From positions 1,240,001 to 1,304,000 of the forward strand of contig OZ287078.1 in the NCBI GenBank assembly GCA_965645245.1: a stretch of DNA of 64,000 bases, read 5' to 3'. Below are positions 46,885 to 59,921 of this stretch, piece by piece; the stretch's first letter is position 1; the number at the start of each line of letters is the position of its first letter. Source of the stretch: Massalongia carnosa (taxonomy: Eukaryota). Under the pieces are notes generated by a model. It was given only the letters and a program-made list of their open reading frames with translations. It was not told where the DNA came from and did no database searches. Made by a program: the position numbers and the translations under genes.

Positions 46885-47806
46885 AGTGTTGCCTGAATAA
46901 CGTTTCGATGAATAGTGGTAGCCCTAATCAACAATAATAGGTCGGCCGGCGATTACTGTGACGGGAGGCGCAAGCGAGTTGATGGGAATCCAGCGGTCAC
47001 AAAGGCAAAGAAGCTACTCGTACCCCTTGGCAGGAGCCTCAAGTAAGGCAGGGTAGGTACTTGTACTCTGTACGAATAGGTTAGGTGGATGTGTAAGGCA
47101 GCGATGTGGCCGAAGATGGCGATCACATGCAGATGCCAACGCGTCGCAAGGGACGTGTAGACGTTGCTCACGACTTCAAAAGGGAGATAAATGACTAATG
47201 GCGGGGTTCTGCCAGAGTCACTTAATGATGGATGAAGCGTCTGATGCATCTGATCCGGTCGTTGAGGAAGAGAAATGTCGAACTCTTCCGCCATCCGATG
47301 CGGCTGGTTTGCCAAGAACGACTTTACGCTACAACGCATCGAGTTAGATTCTTTTCTACGGTGGCCATTTCCATAGTCACGTGCCATCTCTCTCTATTGG
47401 AATGGTGGTAAAACGCTTAGCGTTTTCTTCTCGTTTCGAACTCTTACTGAGCTTCAAGAACCCCTGTTCACGGGTTTCATTGGTATCTACAGGAGATAAC
47501 CCTGTGATGAAAGAGTCCCTCTACTTTCTTGGTGTAATCGAGCGCCATGCTACTGAAGTGGTGCCCTGCACAAAGCTCCCTAACTAACTCCTTGGTCCCA
47601 ATATCAAAACTCGGGGGACGAGCAGCTGGGGTCGCCCAGTTCGAATCATATCGTAATGTACACACAGCCAGTGAGAGTCAGCAGATACTGCGATTTGAAC
47701 CTCGCCGAAAAAATCCCAATAGACTAAGAAAATGATCAGTGGAGTGCTCCATCGCTGACTGCTACTTCCACCCTGAACGAGCACGGATGTATCAACGCCT
47801 TTAATA

Positions 47807-49401
47807 TCAAGCATAAGACACATGAGCCGTGCTGAGAGCACTTCTTTTCATCGGTGGTGGCGGGGGCGGCGGGGCTTTCTTTGCTCTTGATGGAGGGGGT
47901 AGTGGGGCCTGTCTTTTACCGTTCGTAACTCCCCCATCCAACGTGGAGTAACTTGCAGTCCTTGATGGCGCACTGCCGTGCGAAGTAGCCGGCGAAGCCG
48001 ATCTCTGTGATCGCTCTTCGTAGGATCTGTCAGGACTGCTGCTGCCATTGAATGCGGATTCGTCATAAGGGTCGTTGAAAAGGTCAATGCCGGTAGTGCT
48101 TCGAGCAACGGGCCGTAGTTGAGATCGCTGAGCACGCATATCGAGATTTTCGCTCGGAACCCGAGACATCAGCCTGGTGGCAGGAGATGAGTCGCGGTAA
48201 AGCTGAGTGGGTCCCTCAAAAGTAGCTACCCTAGAGACACCCGGTCGTGTAGAGTTATAGTCATGATTTCGGGACTCCCGGGGAATAGGCTCAGGCGGGT
48301 CTTGAGACGACGCTACACGATTTGAGCGTATTGAAGGCCTGGGCTCTGGAGGATACGCCTGGGGCTCATTATCCACAGTATCAAATCGATCTGCAAAAGA
48401 ATGAGCTGTGTCTGAGCGTGATCGAGGATTTCGTCGATTGTCTCGCCCATCGCCTGCGCTTTGTCTATTATTATATTAGAAGCGGCTCATAATAAGTGGA
48501 GTTATGGCTACTGACCCGGCAGGCCAATCTCTTTTTAGCTGTAACAGTACCTCTCGGCAATGATCATAATATTTTAGTTCAGCGTCAACGAAAGCCCCCA
48601 GATCAGAAACGCTATCGGCTTCAGCTTCCTTAATCTATCAAATCATTAGAAGCTAGACACAACTTGCAACGGAAATAGTACTTACATCTTGCATGCGTCG
48701 CAAGACATCTTCGTTAGTCTCTTCATACTTGGCCTTTTGTGCACGTAGTTCTTCTTCCATTCTAAAATCATCGGTCTTTGATTTTTGCATTTTAGCAAGA
48801 GACGCATCATATGCGAGGCGACGTGTTTCTAATTTCTTGCGGGCTGACTTTCCGGTTGTTAGCTTATCCCAGATTTTGCGTATAAGTAACGTACTTGGTA
48901 TTCTTTCATCTGGGCGAGAGATCTTTCTAGGGACTCAAGCCAGCTTGAGGTAGCATTGGCAACGTAGCTCTCCTGTATCCTCCCAATCCTCTCATTGGTC
49001 CTGCCCATACCTATAATATGGTGAGCACGTTATCATCATGAAAGACCCTGTTGACGCACTTATGAGGCATTGCCCAAATTCCGAGTCATTCTCAAAGTCT
49101 TCTCCATGGCTGAGCATGGTTGAACCCAGGTAGGCGACAGGTAGGGTTTTTTCCTTATCATTGCCCTCGCTACGTTTCGAGAGGGTTTTAACATATACAG
49201 TCATAGACTTTTGTAAACGCTCCATTCCTAAAAATTTTAGAGCTAGAAGACACGTCATGAACAGCTGGCGGTACCTTCTTGCCTTAACGCCATCTCCACC
49301 TCTAAGGATTTGAAGTCGTCGGAGACATTCGTTTTGGCCTCACCACCCATTCTCTCACCGGCCCATTGCTTAAATCTATCAAGCTTCTTGTTGACATTCA
49401 T
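47807..49401 (-). CDS. N-BAR domain protein with a Ser/Pro-rich C-terminal tail, multi-exon
   Basis: MNVNKKLDRFKQWAGERMGGEAKTNVSDDFKSLEVEM, LGSTMLSHGEDFE, RKKLETRRLAYDA, KYEE; ends in KKAPPPPPPPMKRS. Confidence 0.85.
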
Positions 49402-50104
49402 GATGGTGTAGTAGGTATTAATGCTCTTGTTCCGATTGTGGTGATTCAGGGGGAATGTGAGAGGTAATAAAGTACAGAAGTAAGGATCCTCTCGTCGAAG
49501 AAGACTGGAAAGGAATGTCAGAATTGAGCAGACAGTAATAGAAAATTATAGGTGTTGATGAAATGAGTGGTGGATTGAAGAAAGAGTCAAGAGTCAAACT
49601 TCAATGAGCGTAAGAAAGATTACTCTAGAAGAATGAAGGTGGTCCATTCAAATGCTTAGGAAAGAACTACTTTGCAATCCCCGCGATCCCGATGCGGTTA
49701 GACTTACCACAGATGCCAACCTCCCAACCACTCAATTTCTCGTATTATGATAATCGTTTTTCCGCCGGAATGCGAAGGCCAATGAAGCCTGTATTACCAA
49801 GCCCTTAAGGGACTCGACTTGAAAGACCCTGCATGCATGAAACGCCACCATTTGCAGGAAACAAAGCGCTCGTGAAAGAGTTTCATATTGGCACACGCTG
49901 GCTCGTGTTGTGGATTGTTTTACGACAGACAAAGACATTGGCATATATTCAACTCCTCATGTAGGCTTGATGCTGATGGAAGGGTGATTAGTTACGGATT
50001 GTTAAGGAGTAAAGTTAAGATTCATCGAATGTTTCAAAGCATGACTTTGTAATGTAAGAGAGATACAGAGCCAAACAAATCCTGTAGACACCTTTCGATG
50101 ACAG

Positions 50105-51035
50105 CTAATCTTTGGTTTTCTGCGTACCGCGCAACAATCCAGTTCTCCGAGCTGCGATTAAACCCGCCTTTTGACCTTGTGCTGCGTAACGAGAGATAGT
50201 TGAAGCTTTTCCAATATGTTGGTGATTTCCACCACCATGTGGCTAAAGAGCGAGTTAGCTTCCATGATGAGGTTGGACCTATAGAAAACCATCTTACATG
50301 GTCGACGGGGTTCATCGCTACACCACGGGTCTTAGGCCAGGAGTTGCGCTTGACAGCGAACTTATGCTTCGCGCGCGATGCCTCTGCAAATAATGTTAAC
50401 ATCCATTCTACCTCAGACCTTTCAAACTGAGTAGACATACTCAGTAGCGGTTTGTCTGTACGGCCTCCTCCAGCTACGATACCAACCATGCCCCGCGCGC
50501 TGCTCTTGATCACCTTTTTCGCACCACTCGGCAGCTTTACTCTTGTCTTCCCTTCATCTGGGTTATGGCCGATAACCGTCACGTAATTCCCTGATGTTCT
50601 GCCCAACGCTCCTCGATCTCCAGCCTTCTCCTCCACGTTTGTTACCACTGTCCCTTCTGGTACAGACCCCAAAGGCAAAACGTTTCCCACAGTGAGAGTA
50701 GCATTCTTGCCGGCATATATAAATTGCCCAGTGTACATGCCCTCGTTAGCTATGAATGTTTCGGTGTGCAGCTTGAACCGATAAGGATCCCGGAAAACAA
50801 CTTTGGCCAGTGGTGCGCCACGCCCAGGATCGTGGATGATATCTTTCACGACACCTCTGATGTATCCATGCCTCTCTGCAAAGTCAAGTGTCCTAAACTG
50901 TGCGGGTGCTTTGTTGAGGCGAGTATGGGCCGCTGAGATTGTATATTAATTGTTGACTCTTCCAATAATTCACTGCTTGTACTTACTGAAGATTGATCCA
51001 CGACCCTTTCTCTGATTGCGAATCACCCTACCCAT
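50105..51035 (-). CDS. RPL2: 60S ribosomal protein uL2 (yeast L2 / metazoan L8), 4 coding exons
   Basis: [76 protein letters not shown]. Confidence 0.98.
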
Positions 51036-52658
51036 ATTTATCTATTGAGAGAATATATTAGTAAGTTTCATTCAAGTGTTGCTCCTGGCTGCAAATGGGA
51101 ACTGGCTGGAGCGATCAGTATTTTGACTTTATTTGGAGTCCCTACATTTCGTGGGTCGAGGGCTCCAAACCTCGCTTAGTTACGTACTTAACTAGTTAGC
51201 TCGCCGTGCTCGCTGTAACGCTAAAGTACGAGCCGCAAAACCATCACTGCCTTCATCTTCGTAGGCACAGACAACAAGACTCCTCATCTATCCTTGAGTT
51301 ATTCGAACGTATACTGTCATATAGAAGTCCTATTTATCAGAAGCATCCTGGATTTATCTCTTCTCTAGATGCTACAGAAGTACATATCCAGATATAAAGT
51401 CACGTCTCCACTTCTGCATGATGTGCTACATTATTTCTTGACCACGAATGGTCAGACACATGGCTCCCGATACTCTAACGATCAGCATACAAGGTCATAC
51501 TTTGATCTCGAATTTCTTACGATCGTTAGGAGAACCATAGTATGCCAAAACATGTACCTGTATGTGTTTCTGCCAGAACCTCGCCACGAATCTACAGGTA
51601 ATTCATTATATCTATTGTATAAAACCAGGCTGTCTTGAGCAGATCTTTTCACTCAAGGTAAATTGAGTTTGATGATATGACAAATTATGTATCGTGGAAC
51701 TATGCCATGACCATTCATAAAGTAGATTTGTCAAGCGCATTTATTATGGCTGTTTTTTTTTGCCATTCTAATTGTCGTATTTATAGGTTTCATTTGGTAC
51801 GAAGTTGTTATCTGCTCTCTGTGGTGCTTCTTTCTTTAGTTATTTGGTTCAAGTCTTTACGATGCCCACCAGCATAATTCTGGCTCCAACCTTTCATACT
51901 TTCTCTGCATTTCCTACAAAATAAGGCCTCGCAGCGTTCCGCATTGTTGCGATATTCTCATCGCAAGAAAAAGCGCATGGGGTGTTGTGTGGTCGTGTTG
52001 TTCGAGGAGGGCCGAAATCGCAAGTTATCTCAGCAGAATCTTTGAAGTGGCAACCCTTTCTGGGTGACCTAGCTTCCCTTCAATGTGTCTCTATTGAAAT
52101 CGTGGGAAAAAGAGCTGCCGCGAATCTTTGCCTGGCTGCACGGTCGCAATACCTAGATATCCTCAGCCCAGGACGAACGGACGACCCAACACTAGATTCT
52201 TGGCGTTACGTTGCCCGGAAACACCAGGCCTAGTATCGACATGCGACCTCAACTTTGGTATTGAGTTGTTGCTGTAACTATGAGGTTGTCTTTTCCGACC
52301 TTGCGAAGCCGGAGGAACCCAGGAGATTACCTACTTCAAAGGCAATTTCCCCCCACCTTACGCGTGAATGGCTTACATGGGGAACCTGAGATTCTATAGC
52401 TACAACAAATCTGCAAAGCTCTGTCTGCCAAAAGGAGCGATCTTAGCAGGCGGTGTTTAGCGCTTCGCGATTCTCACGGGATGCCCCCAGAAATTTCGCA
52501 GCAGGAAGTGATGGAATGATACCGGTATTATTAGATATTCCCCCAAGGACATCTTGCGCTTGTGTGTATTGTAGCTTTCGTACCTAGTTCGTGCTTCAAA
52601 ATCAAAACTCATACCTATCAACCCGATACCTACATTAACCATCCTGCTTGTGCATATC

Positions 52659-54672
52659 ATGTCCTCCTCTGAACTCTCTGAGCTCTCTTCCGCTCTTTCG
52701 TCAGAAGATGAAAACGTAGTAGATCCTCTACAAGGGGGCAAACTTGATCACTTCTTCAAACAGGCATCAGTTTTGCCAAACCGGACACCCCCACCGGCAA
52801 CCAAAAAGCGCTCGGCTTCGCCACCACACGAATATGTTCTCGCTGACAATCCAGATATTGCTGTAAGTCGTGGTTTAACTCAGTTCGCTACTCCCCGAAT
52901 ACGCGTTCGCTATTTGATTCGCGTTGCTTATGCCTCATTTCTAGGTCATTTGCATGTTCCGCTCCCGTTTTAGCGACGCCTTCCCTAAATCTTTGCCTCA
53001 CTACGGTCCACAGGATATTGAACGAGGCGTAGAGGAAATAGTACCCAGTGAACAAGTTGAGAGGTTACTTTGTGCGCTGATTGGCTTAGTGCTAAATCGA
53101 AAAAAAGATGTGGAGTAAGGTCCTTTGATGGTTCCTTATATACCCCGATATATCTTCATGAATAACATTAATACTAATATTGACTTGTTATTGCTGATCA
53201 CACTTATATGAGCAGGAGAGGACACTTCCAGCGTGCCCTTGAAGAGGCTGTTCAAACACATATGAGCCAATGGCCTTCCCTATGGAATGGGAAAAACCCT
53301 CTCCACGGAGGGGGAAATTTTGCCAAGATGAGCGCAGCAGAACGAGTATGTTTTCTAATGTCCCATCGTCTGCTTAGGGTATCTACTCATTCATAATAAA
53401 TAGCTCACCCTTTTAAAAGCCCTCCTCCTCTGGTCACTTGGTTCTTCCGAAGCAATACAGACCATCATCAAAGAATCCTTCAAGCAACAACGCCATGACG
53501 ATGACCTGAATCAGCCTTTGTCTGTTCAGCCCTGGGGCCGGGACGGCGACAAGCGGAGATATTGGCTCGTTGAGGGGCAAGAAGATACACATTTTCGGTT
53601 ATACAGAGAGAGTAATCCAGTACTGAAGAACAACACTTGGCGAAGTATTGCAGGAAGCATTGACGGACTCAAGGTTGTGGCTCTTCGCTTGGGAGAGGAA
53701 GGAAGCCAAGCTTCGCGTCGGCTCCGTGACCGTATTACGCAGGGAATCCCTCGCTTTGAGGCTTCGGAAGAGGTAAGGTTACGCAACTCAATCCAGATCG
53801 ATCCTCCAACACATGATATTGACTTCAGACAGAAGAGAAAGCGTCGGGACTATCGTAATGCTCGCAAAGCTCAATTCACTCGCCCGGAGCTAGGATTCTC
53901 TCTTTATGAGGGCAGGACCCGGGGTAAGCGAGTTAGATATACATTCTCCGATGAGGAGGAAGAAGAAGCATCAGATGTCCCTTCGGCGAGACGATCAAAT
54001 AGACAATCGGGTGGGTCTACCCCAGTGGAGCCTGTTGGGCCTACGTTTACGGCTAGCGGACGTCAAGTCAGGTCTAGGGTAGGGGGTGCTTATGGGGAAA
54101 GCATGTTAAGCGGTCAACATGAAAGTCCGGAAACAGCTATCGTTCATGGCATTGAAATTTCTGAAGAGCCGGTAACTACGGGCCGCACACGAGGAACTGC
54201 GCCTCAAAACAAAGCGATTCACAAGGCACGGTCTCGAAAGCACATCGAAGGTTATAACTCTTTAGACGAGATGGAAGATGAAAGCGATGCGTCATCAAGT
54301 GGTGTAGATTGGGATGCAGCAGATGATGAGGAGGTCGATGAACGTATTGCTGATGATGAAGACGAAGAGGATGTGGACATGAGTGACGACGATGCTAGTG
54401 TCGAGAATGAGGAAGTCGACGTCAAGGGGGATGTTTATATTCAGCCAAGCAGTCTTGTGGTTGCTTTAAGATACCAGAAGAAAAATGCTCCTCAGCTTGT
54501 TGATTCAAGTTCTCCCGCAACTTCTAAACAACTTGCAGACCATTCGGAATCATCAATTTTATCTTCTACCATCAACGCTAGCAGGAGCATTGCTACTTCC
54601 GAAACCAAGAATCCGCGCCAATCTCATTATTACCCTCGGCCGGTAGAGGATCACCTTCTGGAGATATCATAG
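52659..54672 (+). CDS. Conserved fungal nuclear protein, WHIM1-domain-like, multi-exon with acidic tail
   Basis: SPPHEYVLADNPDIA|VICMFRSRF, YGPQDIERG, LVLNRKKDVE, GKNPLHGG, QPWGRDGDKRRYWLVEG, FSLYEGRTRGKR; GT-AG introns. Domain name is recalled, not searched. Confidence 0.8.
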
Positions 54673-55146
54673 TTCCTATTACAAGCAACTATTTCAAATT
54701 TGGGGGATGCAGTCCAGTTCAGCAACAGCTAGCAACAATCATAGAAAGTCTTTTCTGGAGACGCCCTTTCATCACTTATATCATACCATTGTCGGCAAGC
54801 CAGAGTAAGCAAATGCAGGTAGTTAGAATTAAGCTAGCAATGTGGACGAGGACCCTTTAGACTCATACGTCTTGGTGATCATAGGAAAACGTTCTACATC
54901 CAACTGAAAAATAGCACCCATATATATGCAATATATTACAGCCATTCGCGCAAATGCAAATTAGCATTGAGGCCAGTAGCCTCAAGAATTCCATCACTGA
55001 TGCTTGGTCTGTTTGGCAGACATGTGCATCTCCCAAGATCGGATAATTTTACATGGCTTCAATAACCTCTGGCTTCCACTGCTCAACTTATCCTTCGAAA
55101 TCGCTTCCTCTGAATAAACTCCAAAGTCAATCAAGAGGCCCAAGCC

Positions 55147-55671
55147 TCAATCATTTTTTGGAACCTCCCAATTGTTAACTTTCCACCACCACCTTCTAAC
55201 GCGACTGCCAACACTAGCCCCGCTAAACTCAGCACTCTGATTCCAATATCGCCATCCCACCAAAGCCAAGTTCCAAAGCATACCCTGCACAAGGGGAGAC
55301 AGCACCTAAAGCCAAGAAGAAATTAAGGGGTCAGCACCCACGTAGTTCTCATATTTTCCCTCCCCATAACGCACCTGGTCTCTCCAAGTAACCCATATTA
55401 TCCCCCTCCATCCCTCCACTTCACGCAAACTTGCCAGATAGCTTTGCTCAAACCTCAAATCGGGTAGCGGAGGTAGATTCGACCGTCTGGGGACGGGCTT
55501 GAGTGCAGTGTATGCTATGCTATCGTCGCCTGAGGAGATGGAACTAATGGGGGAGACGGGCTGTTTGGCGGAAGCAGCGGTGGACGGATTGAGGTCGTGG
55601 GCGGGGGACGGATGACGATTCAGAGATGTGGATTGGATTGTGGAAGCTATATTCGTCGCGACAGAGGTCAT
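55147..55671 (-). CDS. DUF1770-family fungal protein, 2 exons
   Basis: LPPLPDLRFEQSYLASL..RDQ|VLSPLVQGMLWNL..GWRYWN..GSRVRRWWWKVNNW. Confidence 0.85.
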
Positions 55672-56035
55672 GATTCAGGGGCTCGCTACGAAGTATCAGT
55701 TGAAGGGTGGTTTCAGTTCATTGATGCGGTGATAGGGTGTGGAGGGTGGAAAAGACCCCTCCGCAAGTAGACCACGACGTCCCTCTACGCAATCACTCAG
55801 CCTTGCCACAGGTCACCAGCTAATTCAATTCGTAACACGTCTGCTTCTTTCTCTGCCCTTTTCTAAGACCATGTCCTATCCTTTAATCATTCAGCTCACT
55901 TCACTCCTTTGGTGTCGTCCCCAGTACGCGCCGATCCACCCGGCGGGGCAATCTCGGAGATCAAAGACTGCAACTGCTGCCCAGCCCTCACTCCCTTCAA
56001 ACGATCAACGTCGTGTTTGCGTCCCACTGTGCTGA

Positions 56036-58815
56036 ATGACTAGAATGAGTGGCCTTAATAGGCTTCTCAATCGTCGAGATAAATACGCTCAAGGAGACCA
56101 AAACAGCAAGAAAGTAATGTCTTCACCAGCACCTCAATCCTTGTTAAGCTCCGACTCCTCGTCCGCTTCCTCTTCATCCATCTACACTGGTACTTTTCCG
56201 CCTTCTTCTTTATTTGATGATCGAAAATCATCGTCTTCCTTGTCGTCCTTGTCCCTAGCATTCACCACTCAGACTTCGAAGCGATCCCCACGTCTACAAG
56301 TAACAGAGGGGACTATTCACTCGTCAACTGCTAACGCATTCGAGCATTTACTGTTGCAGCCGAAACAAACCGCCGGCCTGCTTCATGGCATGTTTCCCGA
56401 CGAGGAGACGAAGGCGCCGGTTAAAGATGACGAAAAGAAAGTATGACCTGCTAAGCGCTGCCTACAGTTTATACATGCTAACAAATTAAAAGATCAAAGC
56501 CTTGTCTCAGCGTCTTGCTCGAGTGGGCATCACAAACTTCAAGGAACCAGATATTAGCTACGTGCTGAATGCCGCATACGCAAAGGGTGATAGCGAGAAG
56601 GCTTTCGACCTTCTGGTGCTTCTGGAAGAGTCGGAGGAAGGAATTATCAAGGACTTTGATCCTAGCGTAAAGCTACTGGGAGCGGTCAATAGGGAAGGGG
56701 TTTCATGCTATCTAGACTCTGTGCTCTTTGCGATGTTTGCTCGGCTTGGTTCATTTGAGGCGATCCTATTCAATAACTTTGAGGATGAGCCAAGAAAACG
56801 ACTGGCCACCCTGCTAAGGCTCTGGGTAAACACGCTGAGAGTAGGTAAGCTGATAACCACGGACATAGTAAGTTGACCGTATCCTACCAGAAACATGATG
56901 CACGTGCTAATTAGCTTTGTAGACTAAGCAACTGCAGTTACGTTTGGCTGACTGTGGATGGAAGGAGGCTGCGACGCTATGTCAGCAGGATGCATCAGAA
57001 GCTTTCTCCTTCATCACGGAGACTCTTGCGTTGCCCTTACTTACGTTGAAGATGGATATTTTCCATACAGGAAAAGAGGAGGAAAGCGATGACCATAAAT
57101 TCGTCAATGAGCGCCTATTAGAGGTAGCTGTACCCGAAGAACCAGGAGATGGGCGCCTCATTACTCTCGAGGAGTGCCTAGAGACCTACTTCAATAATAA
57201 GATTGAGGTCAAACGCTACCTTGAGAGAAGAAACACGACAAAATCTATTCGATCAGGACGATCGTTCGATTCAAGCAAAGGTAGTTCGTCTCATGTGGAG
57301 ACAGTTGAAGTCGATGCATCAAAAATATCAACCCCACTTTCGCCAGCCGCTCCATATAAATCCATGCTAAATCCGTTTACTCGAGCATCAAGCGTACCTA
57401 TATTAGCGCCTAGCATCATTCAAGAGTATTTCGTCTCGGAAAAGCGTGAGCCACCAGGAATTTCTTTTTCGACCGAGAAAGAGAGCGGCTTTTCAGGCCG
57501 TCAGCGGTCCGGAAGTGTAAGACAAGTGATGATGCCTGCTTTTCAGTTCTTCAGCTTGTTGCGTGAGGTTCCCTCCACTGTTTATCTTTGAAGGGTTTAC
57601 TGGATCCTTACTGATGTAACGATAGCATGGTACACTGATACCAAGCCCAGCAACGATGCTCAAGTTGCTGCCCATTTCTCGTCGACGAGACCCATCCTGG
57701 GTAAGCTATAGACCTTTCATAGTAGGTTTTGATAACTAATCCTCTAGCTAGGTATTTGCCTTAAAAGATACTCGGTACTGCCGAATGGCAGAGCAATACG
57801 ACGAAACACCCATATTGACATACCATTAGAGATAGGCTTGCCTCATTTCATACAGGATGATGCTATGTCCGAGGATGGTCCAGCTTTTGGAAATTTCAAG
57901 TTGTCCCTTCAATCTGCCGTTTGTCATCGAGGGAACTCGGTAAGCTCGGGGCACTACATCAGCCTGGTTCGCAGCCAAGAGCAAGACACAAACCCCCTTA
58001 ACGGTTCAGGTGAAGCGAAGTGGATGCGGCTTGATGATCTAGCCAAGGAAAGAGTTGCACTCGTCAATGTGCAAGATTTCTTACGAAAGGAGTCGCCGTA
58101 TCTACTTTTCTATCAGGTGCAACCAATTGAAGGCGATCCAGGAAACCTCGCCGATAATTTGCGATCTCCTGATAGCGATGGGCCTCCGTCGTACGCTGTC
58201 TCCGAAAGCAGGGACTCTGGCACTGCAGATCCCGCATTGAGTGCTCATGGCAGTCTTGACATCAGTGCAGACTCACTGAACCTAAACAAGCCCATCGAAA
58301 CCATAAGCTCACGGGAGCAAGGGGAACGCTTGAGTACGCAAAATGTGAGATCCCAAAGTTCACTCCTCCCTCACAATACTTTGGGAAACTTCACGCAACC
58401 ATCTGTCCTCCCAGCGAATGGTTCCATTTATCTTGCAGCTTATCACGAAGATCTGAAACCGAACCACCCGAACTCTCGAGGAAGGCCAATCTCTGACCAA
58501 AACCAGGATAAAAGGCGGCTAAGTAGGTCATTATCTCGCTTAGCGGGAAGGTTGACCAAAGACAAAATACCGGACGGTCCCTCCAGAATGGCTGTTGTCG
58601 GGTCAGCTGCCGATAACGCTTTAAACTCACAAGCCGCCCTCGAGATCCCTGCTAGATTACCTCCATCCACATCCGAACCAGACATTTCACAGCATGCGCG
58701 GCTAAAGAAGGAGAACAGCATAGAGAAGCAAAAACATAAAAACGGGCACCAGCAGCAAGCCACGAAAGAGAAGCAGAAGACGCAAAAACTCGAAAGAGAG
58801 TGTAACATCATGTAG
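56036..58815 (+). CDS. Ubiquitin-specific protease (C19/USP, CYLD-like) with a C-terminal CaaX box, multi-exon
   Basis: Cys box NREGVSCYLDSVLFAMF, QQDASEAF, His box CHRGNSVSSGHYIS, WMRLDD, YLLFYQ; ends RECNIM*. Confidence 0.9.
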
Positions 58816-59921
58816 AGCTGTAGCGTCTTGACATGCCCGGGCGTATGGGTGGAAGGGCGTTCTTCGAGGAGGGCCAAGTGCTAAAGTCATACCTATTGCA
58901 TTGGGCTAGCGCTTTTGATTTATTGATGGACATATCTTGGCGTTTCCTTCCCTCCTCTCAGTTAGGCAGGCAGGGATGGGGGCGTTTAGGAGTTCCAAAA
59001 CAGGACCGCTTGGGGATTCTTTGGCGGGCAGGAAGGACGATATGTGTACCGGGCATATATCTACCTATCTATAGCTTTGCTGTTGCAAAAAGGGGTGTGC
59101 TAAATATATAGAGGCTGACTTTACGGAGCTTTGACTCATGGCAGTGGTGATTGATTAATTGGTGCTTGCTTGATGCTTGTTTCCTTCACTACCGTTTTTG
59201 GCACAACGTAGACGGATGTTGAGTGAGTGACTTGAATTGGGAAGAATTGAAATTCCATCGATTTCAGGCTCTCTCACCCTTCACTCCTCCACTCGTGTCG
59301 TTTATTTAAATCCCCGAGGAAAACCCCCGGATTTTGGGGGTATGTACGTATGTAATTTAGTTAGGCCACTTCTCCGGGGAAAAAAAAGAAGAAAAAAACA
59401 TAGTATAAATATGCTTTCCCCCCCCCCCCTTCTCCCCCCCCGGGTTGGGGGGGGGGGGCAATTTCACATCTCCCATTTCCGTCAAAGGATATGCTAGCTA
59501 GCTACCTTCACTAAACGAATAGTTCTTTCGCACGATATGTGCCCCGAACGCGGATGATTTCTTAATCGAGAAAGAGAGAGTGTTCGTTAAAAGGAACATG
59601 TATATTAATTTGCTTTCGTTTATTCAATGACAAAAATAAAATGATAATGATAAGTAAAGGGAGACTGGGTTCGTAAACGGACTCCTCTTTCCCAGACCGC
59701 CCCCCGCCCCGCAGCTGAACCGCTTCTTTCTCTCCTTTTCAACGGGCCTCACTAAAAGAGACAAAGATCCTGTTAAACCCAGGACTTGCACAAAGTCCCA
59801 CTTTTCCTTCCTTTGGCTCCCAACAGAAAAGCTGGGAAACGACCCATTAAGAACTCCCTTTCCCGCTCCTGTGGCAACACAAAAAAAAAGCAATCAAGAC
59901 GAACGAACGGGTATCAAAGAA

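Noticed and set aside
59417..59459. C-run/G-run hairpin between the USP and DUF4203 3' ends
   Set aside because: Homopolymer low-complexity sequence; bacterial-style terminators do not apply and there is no other support.
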